DNA of 56,583 nucleotides from contig OZ199840.1 of the NCBI GenBank assembly GCA_964304625.1, positions 9,063,409 through 9,119,991 of the forward strand. Reading direction: 5' to 3'. Within the stretch, counting starts at the first letter, position 1. The number at the start of each line of letters is the position of its first letter. Made by a program: the position numbers and the translations under genes. Origin of the DNA: Kudoa neothunni. Taxonomy: Eukaryota; Animalia; Cnidaria. The notes under the pieces are model-generated. The model saw nothing but the letters and a program-made list of their open reading frames with translations. It did not search any database and had not been told where the DNA came from. This document shows, piece by piece, positions 10,852-25,439 of the stretch.

Positions 10852-12519
10852 ATTGCTTTAACTAAGTTCAATATAAAATAACTAAAGCAAAGTTTTGAGT
10901 AATTAAAATTTGCGTTATTGCTAATCTTTACGTTTAAAATGATAATCAATTAGAACGATTAATTATTCTAGATAAATGAATCAGTTAGATGGTATTTCCA
11001 TGTTAAGTAATAAATATCATTAACTTTACACTTAAATGTAAAAGTTAAATTCGTTTATGTCGTAAGTATGATCTTTAAATCGATGCATTTGTCGTTGAAT
11101 TCTTTTAATTACAGGTAAAATTATTATTTTAGAACAATAAAATAGTGAGAAAAATGTTTAACGTATAAATCTTCGTGAAATATGAAGTATATACCACAAT
11201 AGTTAGAGTAATCTCGATGCTGAATATTCTCATTGATAATTCGAAATGTAGTAGATTTTAGGTTCATAAAAATATTTTTCTATGTTATATTTGGTCTTTT
11301 AATCATTTGAGATATTGTTTTTTTCTTACTTAATTAATATGAAGAACGTATGGATATTATAATAATAGATGTAATAATTTAAGTAATGAAATTCCATTTT
11401 TACACTTCTCTAATCATTAGAGAGTTTTTATTAACACATTTAATAATAAAAATGAGATTATTATATCAGAATAAAGCCTTCAAGTAATACCTACAAAGCA
11501 TTATTTTTTCATAATTTACTTGCACTCCTATATTTGTTTCAGTGAATTATTTTGTTGCAATATAAACTTAATAATAATATCAGAAACTACTTAAGTTCAG
11601 ATCAATATCCATGCTACACTTATTTTTAAATCTGTATTTTCAAGAAATTAAATATAAAAATTCTAATTTCTCTACTTAGACGAGTGTATAACATACCTTA
11701 TCATATTCTTCTATTGGAAAAACTTTCAAACTATGCAGTATAAATCATTACATTACGCTAATATTCGTCTCTTGGTGATATTAACACCTACAAACCTTAA
11801 TCTTTATCAATAAACACTAAAATGTTCAAATAATCACTTAATCGTAATTTTGTAACCAGAACTAATGATTTCGTTCAAAATATCTCTATAAAGGGTATAA
11901 AAATTCTTCTCCACTTTCAAAATAAGATTCGGTTTAAGATTTTCTAATTAAATCATTTCTCGTAATATACAGTAACTATACACGGCATTGTCCTTAGGGT
12001 TGTAATGTGATTACACTAATACAAACACTACATTAGTCATGTCTTGTGCAAGCGTATGGATTAATTATTATTTCATATTAATAAATTAATTATATTTCTA
12101 CAATTATGATGTTGGCTATTTCTTACATAAGGGGACTATAGTCGGAAAATATCGGGTAAATCGTACAAAAACAACAAAATAAATTTATTTCAATAATTCT
12201 TCATTATTTCTTTAACTCCCCAATGGATTTAGGATAAAAATACCCCAATAGTATATTATTACTCTAATTCTCCATATTTTTAAGGTCGTTAATGTTTGAA
12301 ATCCATCTATTCCTCAAAAATATCATTGTTACTTGTAAATTATATATTTATGCAAATATATAAAAAATAGCGGAGTTAGAGAATTTCCATCCTACGATGT
12401 ATATTGGCATAAAAAAATACCTCAACTTTTTCTCTGCCAGATTTAAAATAAATAATGTTATAGACTATTTTTACTAAATTTAGTACTTTCTGGTGGTAAA
12501 ATTTTAAAATGTTCTTAAT

Positions 12520-13170
12520 TCTTGCCAAATCACGTCATTAAGTTCATTAGACTTGCACACATCGTCTCCCCTCCAAAAATAGATTATCTGGATAGCAGCT
12601 GCAGTGATACTACGGATATTTCTCGTAGTGAATATGATGATAATTCCACAGATTCTGGAGAAGAATCAGATATTTTGAAGTGGAACCGTTTGATCAATTT
12701 ACAATGAGTAAAAAGGGAATTATGGGGAGATATCAAAAACCATCAACTTCTAAAGCATCAAAATGTAATATTATGCAGCTGACACCTGGTCTTACTGCCA
12801 TTGCACATCAAGAGTCAAAACCCAACTCGATTGTTTTTTATATTTTTTACGGAAGAAATCATTTCGACGATAATAAAATATACTAATCAGTTTGGTGCTT
12901 CGAAATTTGACAATTGACATGACGTTGACGAGATTGAATTTAAAGGTTTTGGGGGATTTTAATTCTTATGGCCGTTCATAAAGCCTGCGTTGAACCTGTT
13001 GGCGAATTTTTTAGTACCTCCGAGGGCATGTGTGTTTATAGGCAACTGTTCAGTTACTATAGATTTCGACAGATATCTAAGGCAATTCATTTTAATGATT
13101 ATAATACATGAGAAGACCGAAAAACGAAAGACAAATTTTGTAAGATTCGTGACATTTTTAGTTAATGGAC
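12520..13170 (+). mobile_element. Degenerate piggyBac transposase, 5' fragment
   Basis: Acidic Ser/Asp N-terminus (DSGEESD), then frameshifted FFTEEIISTIIKYTNQFG and DEIEFKGF..LILMAV segments matching the piggyBac N-terminal pattern and the neighbouring element. Confidence 0.6.
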
Positions 13171-13384
13171 CAGACAGTGCATTTTCGTGAATTCGTTCGT
13201 CTTTTCATGAACTAAACATCGTGCTTAAATTTTTTCACGAAACAATCGAAATTTAATTCAAAAAAAAATTCAGTCGCGAATCGGGAACGAAACCATATTC
13301 ATGGGGTTTGTATGGGGAGGTTTAATTTTTGAGATATATCGAAATTATGACTCTGTAAATTTTATACTAGTAATAGATCAATCC

Positions 13385-15840
13385 TTAACCCTCCGAACAT
13401 GCCAAAATCGACTCTACACCTAGCCGTTTTGGGGTCTAGAAGATCTCACATTTTTCTTTCACAGTTTTAAAGATAAAATTATAATATATCGATTTTTGAA
13501 TTATAAAATAAATCTATCGACTAGATAGGGAGGAAATGAACAAAGACGTTAATGCGAAGATTGCCGATCCAACTCGAATAAATAGTTAGCTCCATTTAGA
13601 TTTTAAGTTTTATTAAAATTAGATAACTACATCCCAAATCGTAAATTTAAATTATTCTGTGCTTATTTTATCATTTCAGGTATCTCAGACCTGTTATAAT
13701 CTTTAAAATGCAGGATACTAATATTACATTTTCCATTATTGTATATTACAAATTATTACATCATTTATAATTTTTTGATAGAATAAAAAATTAGAAATGT
13801 CTTTAAGATATATTTTTTAAGATGTGTGATATATCCATTAATTGAAACATATAACCTCTTATCAATATAAATATAATCTAGCTTCATATTATCGAATCAA
13901 TTAAAACACTCTGATTTAAGAAGGAACAAGACCAGTGATAAATAAAACAATAACTATTAACAGATGGATAACTAATGTTTGTATTTTATTACACAATTAC
14001 AACAAATAATTTCAGAGTGATTATTGCAATAATATTTTGAACATCAAAAACACATTGATTTAGTTTTTATATCCGAATCTCGCATACACAGATTGCGCAT
14101 TTTTAGCTTTAGAAGTGAAGCTTTCATTATTCGAAATAGGAAGACCATCATTGAGAAAACGTGTCACTAATAAATCAGTTAACTCTTCTAGATATTTGGC
14201 TTTCGAAATGTTAGGCTTATTAAATCTAATTTTTTACAAGTAAAACGAGCTGACCAACTGTAAGTCAATCATATTAAAACAAACTACCGTCGATCATCTT
14301 CTGGTATAACGTTTTACACTAGAGATAGATAGATAGAATACGTTCCACCATATCTACACCGCCTTTGGTTTTGTTATAATCAATTATAACCTGAGGTTTT
14401 TTAGTATGATCCGGATGCAACCTCCCATTTTTTGATGAAGAAGCCAACAAAATGATAGCCTTGATATTTTTGGCACATAGGATAACATCTTTATCTTGTG
14501 ATAAACAAAAATCGAATTAAAGATTTCCCTAATTTTGTCTGGCTTCATAATCGGCGGAATTCCTCTTTTATTGAAACGAAGAGTTCCAAGCATTTTAATC
14601 CAAGATCAAGAAGTTTGTCAGCCAATTCGATCGACGTAAAGAAATTATCGCATACTATATTTCTACCAGATCCTTTTAGATATGACGACAACCTTTTCTC
14701 CTACAATCTTGTTAACCTCATTAGTAGTTTTTCGCAGATGGAAATATTATGGGTATAATTGATGTGTGGATAAGTTAATAGAAAAAACTGCAAACCTATA
14801 TGACATATACTGTTTAAACGAGCACCTACCACGAGATGCTACCAGTTACTCATCAACTGTCAGATTTGGGGGAATGTCAAATGTCAAATACATTGAAAGA
14901 ATGCTTTTCAATTTATTAAAGATATCAGTTATTCGACAAAATCTATTATTTTCACGTCATACGGTCTTAGTCTCAAAATCAGAAAGGTGAATGATTCTAC
15001 TGATTTGTGTAGATCTTTCCAAAGACATTATTTTTATAAAAATTGTGGAACTTTATTCAAGTTCCGCAATTGTTTGAGGAATCCCATCATGGATTTAAAA
15101 ATAAACATATATACAAGAATCCCCATGTACGCTTCCATTTCAACTATGATTAGTTCGTTCCATTTATGGCTGTAATGGAACGACCCAAATTTATTTGTAT
15201 TAGCAATAATGATTTTATACAATTCGTCATCAAAAAATAACAAAAAACAATCTATTAAGCAACAGATTTCTGATAAAAAGAATGCGATAATACATGAGGA
15301 TCTATTTAAAATAGGTACTTTTGGTGTTTTGATATTTGAGGGAATATCGGGAGACCATATAACATTGTTTTTATCCTTGTACATGACAATTGACTCAAAC
15401 TCATCAGAGCTTTCACAACTAATAGAAGGAAAATTATCTTATACATTATTGTCTATTTAAGTGCAATTTGATTCTTCACTTGATGGAAATTCAGTAAACA
15501 AATTATCCATTTTGTATATCGGCTGGAATCGTAGACTGTCGGAATTGATCGACGGTCATAAAATCGTGTTTTTATCAATATCTATTTGACCAAACTCTTT
15601 AATAATGCAGTATTTAATTCTATATGATTTTATACGTGTTTTAATGAAATAAAAACCTAGGGTCTGTCTGGACCCCAAAACAACTAGATGTATAAAAAAT
15701 ATTTTTCGAGTTCTTTTTAAATTAGTTTTAAATTATCAAGCCCTTTTTTTGTTCTTCGTAGCATATTTGAAGAATAGCGCCAGATTCCACTAAATAAAAC
15801 TTATTGAACAATTAGTAAATTGCCTCAAAATTTGGGTTAA
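13385..15840 (-). mobile_element. Near full-length decayed piggyBac element (about 2.45 kb)
   Basis: TTAA|CCC at 13385-13391 and GGG|TTAA at 15834-15840. Subterminal inverted repeat: tacacctagccgttttggggtctaga (~13415) vs tctggaccccaaaacaactagatgta (~15667). Minus-strand transposase relics LFFDDELYKIIIANTN, GTLRFNKRGIP, DYNKTKGGVDMV and a C-terminal Cys-rich CSKYYCNNHSEIICCNC, with many stops and frameshifts. Confidence 0.85.
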
Positions 15841-16208
15841 GAAATCAATAACAAATATTTTATGCCATTTACATTAAAACCCCGTATTCTTATTAATTTT
15901 TCTCTATTCGAATTATATATTATATTAAAATCGATCTAATTGATTCTAAAACATAAATTTACTATCACAATTTCTAAAAATTGTGAACGTGATTCAAATT
16001 GTAATGCGTGATGCCGACAGATGTAAACGACAAAATAGTGTGATCTCCTAATAATAGAAATTTCTAGCGCTTGTTACTATATAACTATTGTCACCGTTTG
16101 ATTTGAACTTAATTATTACGAGTTTATGTTTTAAAAAATGTTTGAATTATGTTTCTATTTTATTAAAAGCCTAGAAAAAAATTGTTTACCGTGAGTAAAT
16201 TTTAATAT

Positions 16209-16430
16209 TTATGTAAATTTTAACTTGCGACGAAATATATTCTGGTTGATGGGTTGACTATTGCCAACCATAGATTTATATCTAAACAATCTATTGCATT
16301 TCGTGCAAATAATAATGTCAAGACGGGAGATTTCGTCTCCATCTTTGGTAAATATGGATGGAAAATTGTCTAATTTTTTGGTCTTAATGCTGAACATCTT
16401 CAGTGAGTAGAGAGCACCATTATCTAAACT
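16209..16430 (-). mobile_element. BED zinc-finger remnant of a Hermes-like hAT transposase
   Basis: IICTKCNRLFRYKSMVGNS matches the CxxC..(L/F).Y....G.S pattern of hAT BED fingers. Truncated. Confidence 0.4.
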
Positions 16431-17865
16431 TTTTTCACATCGTCAATATTCCAGGAAAACATCTCGAATAGAGGTTTAACATGCGAGTGTCGAGACTATT
16501 GAATATTCGAAATTTCACTACTGAGAGAGTAATTCAAATTTCGTGGGATTAGCTAAAACAGCGTGCCTTTACATCTACTATATAAGCATACTAGTGTCAT
16601 TAGCGCAACTTAGTACGATATCGAAAATACTTAACATTGAAAAATCTCTTATGATAACTCAAAAAATACGCTAATCCACTCAAGTAATCTGTATAAGTTA
16701 ATTACGTATTTTTTACATACGTAATAAAAAATAGAAACCTTAAAATATTATAGTTAGGTGTGAAAATATTAGATCCGATTAAATATAAATTTGTATAAGC
16801 CATGCTTATAAACAAACATACAGGTAAACATATATAGTTAACAACGTATTGTCGTAGTTGAACACCATTTTTATTGTATTATATTTCTTGAATTGAGCTT
16901 TTTAAAAAATAAGTATAGAAAAATTAATTGATAATAAACTTTATTTCCACATTTTTAATGTAGTGAAATTAAATAGCTAATCACTGAATTATTATAAAAA
17001 TTTAATAAAAAAAATTTAATGATAAAATGACTCTAACTCCTTTTATTGCAAATAAATTGTCACCTAAAAAATATATAAACTAAAAAATATATTAATTAAT
17101 CGAACTAATTTTTTAAAAAATTTATAGTAGATACATAAGATAATTTACTATTATTAAAAATGTTTTTACAACACAATTAATTTGAAAGTGCCTATGTTGT
17201 TGTATTTGGGATTTAGTGGCAAAATTATGAGTTACAACCATTAGCTGAATTCTTGCTTTAGAAATTCATCTATTTAATTATGAATGATCGCTTAAGAATA
17301 GGTAGAAAATGACGCTGAAAATGTTGTTTTTAGATTCTTAATCCTATCTTATTACTTGTTCTAGAACTCAATTATTTCGATTTTAATAAACATCTACTAA
17401 CGTAAATTCTCTAATTCAAAGGGTTATCACATATTTTTGAGAAATTAATTACTATACTTCTTATCACGTGATTAAAATTATTCTCCAACAATATCCCCAG
17501 TAAATTCAGCACGACAATAATACGTCATATAATAATTCCATAATATTTCTGAATCATTTCCAATTTTTAATACTTATTAATCACAAAAGTGATATTATCG
17601 GCGGATTCAATGTGTTCCACTTTGATATTATTATAAGCTTAATATAATTATTAAAAATATTAAACCACATCAAACAGCCATTTTATATATTTTAGAAAAC
17701 AAAAAATATGACAACAAATAAATATAAGGGTTTCAAAATTAGAAAAGATAAATTAAAACAAACTCAGAAAAATTAACTCTCGAAGACATTTTAAAATATA
17801 TTAAGATATTTATTAAATGCGCCAAAAGAATAAAGTATAGCTATGTGTAAGAAAAGAATGATTGA

Positions 17866-20800
17866 TCAATAAGAGTCCATGCAACGCCTAATTTTTTCTC
17901 CAATATTGAGTACCATATCCTATTTTCCATGGAAATAAAGAAAATTAAATAACAATAAACAGAGAAATATCAATTCAATACCTCGGTGCCAGCTCTAACA
18001 CGAACAATTCCACCAATCGAAGGTGAACCTTTTGTGTCGGATAATTCCATGCTGATGTTCACGAGGGCTTCTTCATTGAAAGAGCTAATAATCCCCGAAT
18101 TACACACAAGAAACTTGCAGTCACCATCCATAGCCTATGCAGTATAATAATTTTATTAAATAAAAATCGAAGGGTAGAACGAAAATAATTTTGAAAAAAT
18201 TACTTTTTTTGGTGTTAAATTGATCATTTTGGTGGATTTGAGTATGCTATCCATGAATTGTAACATATCGGAGCATTCGGTTTTGATATGGATCTAACGT
18301 AAATAGAAAATACGTACTATTTACAATGTAACAAATAAAATTAGATAATACAGTATTTTCCCAATCTAAATCTTTCCATTTGGTTAAAAATTCGCTTTGA
18401 GAACATTGGAAAGGCTTGGTGTAATCGGTGACATCAAGATAGATGGGATTCAATACAATACAGTTTCTGTCACTTTGACTACTGGAAATATCATAAACTA
18501 AAATTGAGAAAAATGTTGTGTAAATACATTAAAAGCGTTATAAATAATTTTGAATTTACAGAGATTTCCGTAGAGAGTACCATTTTCAAGAGACATAACT
18601 TTTATAGGTAACTGAAAATGGTTCAAAGATTAGAAGTTACTAGTGTAAGTAGAATCTATTACTTTGGTTGCAGAAAAAGCAAATGGGCCCAACATCATGG
18701 GATTCGACTTGGCAAATGTGGAATTTTTGCCTACATCCAAAAAAATCAATAATCATCACCAAAATACAGTAATTTCATCACTAACCATGTGAAACAACCT
18801 CAACAACCACATTTTGCAGTGTGTCGTTGGTTCGATTAACAATTAAAATATCCAGAGTGACTTCGAATGATTTGATAATAGTGATAGTTTCAACATAGAT
18901 CGAATCGGAGAGACCAGTCAATTGTATAACCTAATAGATTGGAATTAGAATTCGACTAGAGTTAGAGTTAGTTAGAATTAATGACAGCAAAATTGTGATT
19001 GAAATTTTCCCAATTAATACTTACATTATTGAGTGAGTAAGTGGATTGGTGTTGGTTGTTCACCAAGTCAACACTGCTGGTATCAAAGTTGAATTCAACT
19101 CCGCTGGTCGTGGTGGGTGAATAAAACTGTTGTTGATTGTCTTCATCGTCGCTACTGCAACAGAGAATTGTCGAGAAATCCACCTGATCGTTCACCTTGA
19201 CACAGGCGTTTATGTGATTGGCTGTACCATTGTCGGCCCAATTCCATTGCTCATCGTTAGGAGAGTTAAGCAAATTACTGTTTTGGTTAATCTAAGATCA
19301 AATAATGATAACTAAAACAAATCCAATCAATTCACAATCATACAATAGTTTCCAAGTTGACAACATTTTGATTTTCCTCAAAAAATTTGCTATAGAGTGT
19401 GAGTTTTTGTTGGAATTCCTCGCCATTTTCAGCCAGCAAACTGTCATTTAAGCTACTAATGAGATGGAGATTTGCATGGATTTTTTCGCGCCAATAACCC
19501 TTTATTTCCTAAAGAATGTTTTTTCAGAGATCACAAATTTTTCCGTACTAAAATATGACCATATAATATAATCAATTACGTTTTTTTGTTGTTTAGCATT
19601 TTCCAACAATGTAGTGATAATAAAAATTGCCATAGCAATGAATTTCTAAGTCACAAAATTTCTTGTTATTAATTTAAATACAACCACCAAGTTACATTAA
19701 TATCTGTGGTGTTTTGAACGTCAATTGCAACAAGCAAGACAGAATGAACCATTAAAAATGACACAAGAGTGGTGAAAGAGTCCATAACAATATCTTTAAT
19801 GTCGACAAACTTGAAAAGACTATTTTTGGTAGACGATAAAGTGTGAGTGTTGATTGGGGTGGTGAGTGAGTTTTGAAACGCGTACGTGCCATCAGGAAGA
19901 ATTAAATTGGATTTTTGAGTAGTTTTTGGTGAGTGGCTACTATCCACATCAGCGAGTGTCTTATCGTTCGATTCTGTCAAAATGTAATAAAGTTTTGAAA
20001 GTAATTTTTTGACAATGGCAGCATTTTTGCAATGGAAAATAAAAATTATAAAAATCTCCTGAACAATCCTATTAATACAGTAGAAATTAAGAGAATGATA
20101 AAAATTAACGTCCCATACATCAAACTGGGCACAAACCCAACAATATCAATCAACTGCTCCAATACAAGTTCATATCCACTTGAATTGTTGATGATGTGGA
20201 GTTTGATCAAATTTAAAACATTCGTGGCATTGGCTTGATGACTGGAATACACGGTCTCAATCAAAATGGGAATAATTTGAGGAGATATGTCCGCACATTT
20301 CTCCGAAAAATGATACAAAGTATCAATCAACAGCTAGATGACGATAAAACAGTATTAAATAAACAGGTGTAACGTATAACTTAACGAATGATTACATTCA
20401 TATATTTGACTGTGTGAATTTCGGAAGGCGTTAATTTGCCCATGCCCACACTGCGTCGATTGGCATTAGTTTTCGAATGTAACTTAACAATCTCGCGAGT
20501 AATAATCTCAGTGGCTCTGCTGTAGGATGCGGTATCGATAATGAGAAATTGCACTCCCGAAAGAATACACTGAGCCACACTCAAGTCAACAACAGCATCC
20601 TCACCAGATTGTGTCAACAATGACAGGATATCCATCGAAAAGGTCGATATCATGGTTTTCAATTCGTTCGATTGGCATTGCTTTATTAGGCTTTTAATTT
20701 TGTTTAGTAACACCAACCGAATATTATTATCGGTTTCTTGAAACATCAGTTGTACGTAACATTCTACTACTCGCTAAAATAACGATATATTATATCATTA

Positions 20801-20977
20801 TTTTATTTAAATGTCAAAAAATATATTGTTCTTTTATTAATTGTCGCAGCTGTTAAAATTGATATTATCCGTCTGAAGACATTAGGAAATTTCATCATAA
20901 ATCAGTGTTTTCCTATTCGAATCCGACGCACACCTTCATTCGAAGAGAAACCAAAATACACACTCTCTTTTAACACG

Positions 20978-21013
<36 letters not shown>

Positions 21014-24000
21014 AACGTGTATCTCATTCAAGGAATCTTGATAGTAATTATTCTTACATGCATATAGAACTAGTTTTAAGAATTAAGAAAAGATAATTTC
21101 GCATTACGTTTCAGTGTTATTTTACTATTTTTAAAATCATTAAAAATATTAGCGAACCTTTTAATAAGTAAAATAACCAAGGTACACAAGACCGGTCCAT
21201 TACTGTCTATTCGCTTGCTCGATACGTTATTATAAATATTTTAATCTACATTGACTTTCATACGTAAAAACTGTTACAACTACTTAAATAATATAATTAT
21301 TTTATAAGATTAAAGCTCTTAATGACCTAATTATTAGTTTCTATCCTAAAACTTCAACTTTAATATTCCAATAAATACTGAGTTTTCCTTGGGCTCAAAA
21401 TAATTTAGTATGATATAAAAATTGCGTTGAAAAACGTTATACCCCATGTTATAGTAGTTTGAAATTTTATATTCACGATTACTTTTGCACCAAAATACAG
21501 TCCATTCACATTACGTGTTACGTAAGTTAATAAGAGTTAATTATTCAAATATTCGGTCTAATCGATATTTTTAAAAATACTCAATTAATCTGTTAACAGT
21601 TAATAAATAAATAAATTAATTATATCGATAATATCAAATAATACGTTCATTATTAAAAACAAAAAGCATCTCAACACTTCAGATTTAATCATATTAAGTT
21701 AATTCAATTTGAATCTTATTAAAAACTTATATAAAAATCGGAAAATTGTGTTAAAATAACCAATCTATAATTTTCCATTCACAGATTTTTAAAACCTGAT
21801 AATATCCTTCACAAAATCATAAGAAAGGAATAATAATTAATATTTTTATTATATAAATTTCTTATAATTTTTAAACCAATAATAATATTTATAATTAAAA
21901 TATTTATTCTTATCACAGAATTTTTTAAAAGAACAGAAAATTCTACGTTATGTTTACATAATGGTTTAATTTGGTAAATAAATTTTGATCATTAATTAGA
22001 TTGCTCCATAAAATTAAAGTCATTTTCACTTAATACCACTATTTATATTTTTATGGAAAGTGCATGCCTATTTAAGTGTATTTAACCTTCGGAATGCTTT
22101 TGGGGTCTATTAGACTCCAAGCCATATTAAAGATTAGTTTTTGCACCCTTCCAATTTTCTAAATATTCCAAATAAATGTTCTAAAACTTGGTCTATTCTT
22201 ATAAAATTTCTTACACTGTATGTATATCGAATAAGTGTTGAATTATCATTAATGAATGAAAAACAAAATAAAAATTATACACTTGGTGCTTTTAGGGTTG
22301 AATAGACCCTAAATTTTATTTTATCGTTTTATGTATAAAATTATAATAAAATGTATCGACGAAATTAAGATTAAAATGAGGTTAGTTTATATTATTATAC
22401 ACGAACCGTGCTTATTACATATATTATTCTTAATATAGGCCTTTAACGAAATATATTCCATTGAATATAATTCCAACTTCAGTGAAATCATTGATTCCTC
22501 TGATTTTATTGATTCTGCCACTGATTTATCTGAATATGATGACAAAAATCTCGGATTTGGGTTGGAGAAGCTTTAAAAACCTCCAAAATACGAAAGAAAT
22601 CTTTTTAAATAAGCCTATGATCTTACGAATGTTTCAGCTCTAATTATATTTCATATTTCATATAACGGATTTTTTGGCATTTTTTTACAGAAATGTTGCC
22701 TGCAATGCCAATACGTTTGAGTTTTATTATTATAATCTTATAATCATTGCTGCAAAGAGTTTTCAGTGATTGAAAATGGTTATGACTTAGAGTTAATAAA
22801 AAGAATTTTCCTCGTATAATGAAAAAAAATAAAACAAATCCGTCATATAGCACACTTTTTCTATTTAATGAAAAGAAAATTCCAACCCCTTAAGTAAGTC
22901 ACTAAAATAATAAGGATTTGTTAATTTTAGCCAATTCAACAGCTTATACAAATATATTGAACGATGAAAGAAAGAAAGAAAGTAGCCAGGTAGCATCAAT
23001 TATTATAACAAAAATTAAATGAACTTTTGATACGATATCGGAAACTTCACCAGTTATGTTTTTTGGCAATAATATGTGATTTTATCGATAGAATTTTTTT
23101 ATTTTCGCACGACGAAGTTTTAAAAACTATTTAAATTCATAAGATTAAATAATAAAATATGGTAAAACCTCATTAATTCCAAAAATAAAGTTAAAATTTT
23201 GTACCACACAGCATATGTAACCGGCGAAAATGTGTACAAGTGCAGTTTTGAATAATACAGCCTAATAATTAACTCTCATAACCTACGGAAATCTAATCTA
23301 ATCTAATCTAATAATAGATAAAATACATGATATGTTTATTCAAATGGCTTTACATTCGAAATTTCAATGAAAACTAATTTTTTCCATTAGCTCTATTAAA
23401 ACTCATATAAACCAGGGAATAAATAGTTAAAAGCCATGACAATTAATTTCAACTAGTAGGTATTCTCAGAACAATAAATACTTTAATAGTCTTGGTGGAG
23501 TTGGATAGATACACCAAAGAATTGGCAGCTTCATATTTGACTGCATTGCTCGTTTTATTGGACATCATCAATGAGATGATCACAGGGAAAAAAATACTTC
23601 GATCAGACGAATGCATTTGGCTGGACTAATTGCGAATATAGTGGATGACCAGTAACTATCAAAAATACTCTAAGCATCACTTCTATGATAACTAATTGGA
23701 GTGTGGAATCAAATTCGAATATTTTGGGTAGACATTGTTTCAGATAACCAACAGCAGAGGGCTAAAATGAATACAATTGTAAATGACATGTAGAATAGGT
23801 GAGATTGGCTACCTTATCAACTTGTAAAAGCATAAGAAAAGCGTTACGAACACAAGCAGAATCCTTCTCATCGACAAGATAATTGAGAATAAGCTCGGGC
23901 GCATTGGCAACCAAATGAGGGAACTTTCTGTAGATGGTACAAATGGCAACGATTGCGTTTTTTCTCACAAAATTTTTGTTGTGACGAAGACATTGTTTGA

Positions 24001-24651
24001 TGGATGGCATCAAAGATTCCAATATCTCGCAGTTCTAGAGTTGAATCATCTCTCGACTCAATCCCAATGCACCACAAACAACAACAATAACAACAACAAT
24101 TACATTAACTTTGCATAGAAATCTCAATGTGAAAGAACGGACATATTCGTTGGGATTTTCGAGATCCTACAAACACATTCAATAATTGAATTTCTTCTTT
24201 GTTTATAGTAGCAACAGCCATCGCCAGTTTTTTTAATTTTAACAATGATGGAGCAAAAATTAAGGTGTAATACTTTTCGATAAGAATCCACCACCAATAT
24301 CATCTCTGTGATAAGATTGCCATTTGGTTGGGTTTTAGGAAGCAACTCCCAGAAAATCAATAGCAATTTTTTGATTTCGTGGTCGGTTTGTGGGGATAAA
24401 AATCGAATCACACTCATCAACAAACTGCTATTAACCTGATATCCTTTCACCATCTCAACCACCAACGATCTAAGGCATTTCAGCTTCATTTCTTTGTTTC
24501 CCTTCTCTTTAATTGGGGCAATAACACCAGAAAATCAATTAGAAATATTGTTACCGATATTCTCTTTGAGTCTGGTTTCATTATTGACGTCTATTTCCGA
24601 ATTTGAATTCAACAGAAGATAGCAGTTGTCCTCGTTGGTTGAAATTGTCAT
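17866..24651 (-). CDS. COPB1: Coatomer subunit beta (multi-exon)
   Basis: MTISTNEDNCYLLLN; IRFLSPQTDHEIKKLLLIFWELLPKT; DLENPNEYVRSFTLRFLCK; FVRKNAIVAICTIY; AVKYEAA; ETDNNIRLVLL; ILPDGTYA; VIQLTGLSDSIYVE; EFLTKWKDLDWEN; VRVRAGTEDMVLNIGEKI. All introns resolve as GT-AG in frame. Confidence 0.96.
22082..22860 (+). mobile_element. piggyBac-like remnant inside the large COPB1 intron
   Basis: TTAA|CCTTCGG start, ttttggggtctattagactcc subterminal motif similar to that of the 13.4-15.8 kb element, and an acidic relic SEIIDSSDFIDSATDLSEYDDK. Confidence 0.45.
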
Positions 24652-25439
24652 TGTAAAGCTGGGTTGAAGGTGTTTGTTTGCTGAGTAGGAATTAAAGATT
24701 GCGCCTGCGTACATGTGTGTCAGCATATTGGTTTTATATTGCTAGTTGAGTGTTAAATTTTTATTATGTTACTTCATAGTTATTTTTAAATAATATTTGA
24801 TTATTTGTGACCAATAAATGAGCTACTACAATGTTACCAATGATGCTCTCTCTCTCGAATAAATTGACTAAATTTGTCCTATTTATTGAAGATTGTCATA
24901 TTTTTTCAATATTGTTGTTTTATACAGTAGATGATTTGTTTCATCACTCCTTCAGGGACTGAGGAAAAAGTCGGCGAAATTGGTCACATCCGGTTCTGCG
25001 TACGCATATTAAAGTGAATTTGTTTTTTATTGCTATCTATTCATTAAAAAAATTTTTTATTATTCAATAATGGAAGATAAATATAACGTGATTTATCGGA
25101 AAATCAAATAAATTATGTTCGAGAAAAATATTTTGTAATTTTAATTTGTTTCATATTGGTTGAGAGAATCTTAAATATCGACCATTCTGCTGGATTCAAA
25201 ATAATATTTTGATTATTATCATGCGCCCAAAAAAGAATTTTAATTCCTTCAAATATTCAAAAGCTTTTTTTCAGATAATAATTTTGTTGCTGGGAGTTCT
25301 TCCAGATTATGTGTCCTCCTATCCGTGTCAGATTGTTCTGCATCCAACAGCGTTAAAACCTTAAAAAATATAATTAAAATAAAATTATCAAATATCTTAC
25401 TGATGTCTAGAATTCGATCATTTAGGTTATTTCATTCGC

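Noticed and set aside
19509-19579. COPB1 intron with an internal TTTTAG|TACGG, resembling a twin intron
   Set aside because: A single 71-nt GT-AG splice is in frame; the nested alternatives give stops.
20981-21010. (TA)n and other short microsatellites (also near 8575, 28770, 38830, 44440; AAG near 50650)
   Set aside because: Ordinary simple repeats for an AT-rich genome.
24030-24110. Apparent in-frame TAG in COPB1, suggesting stop-codon reassignment
   Set aside because: The TAG is the intron acceptor (AAT|gtaatt...ctctag|AAC). TAA, TAG and TGA all terminate conserved genes in this window.
24938-24982. Penelope/hammerhead-like CTGAGGA...GAAA with a partial inverted partner
   Set aside because: Stem II cannot pair and there is no nearby RT relic; too degenerate to call.
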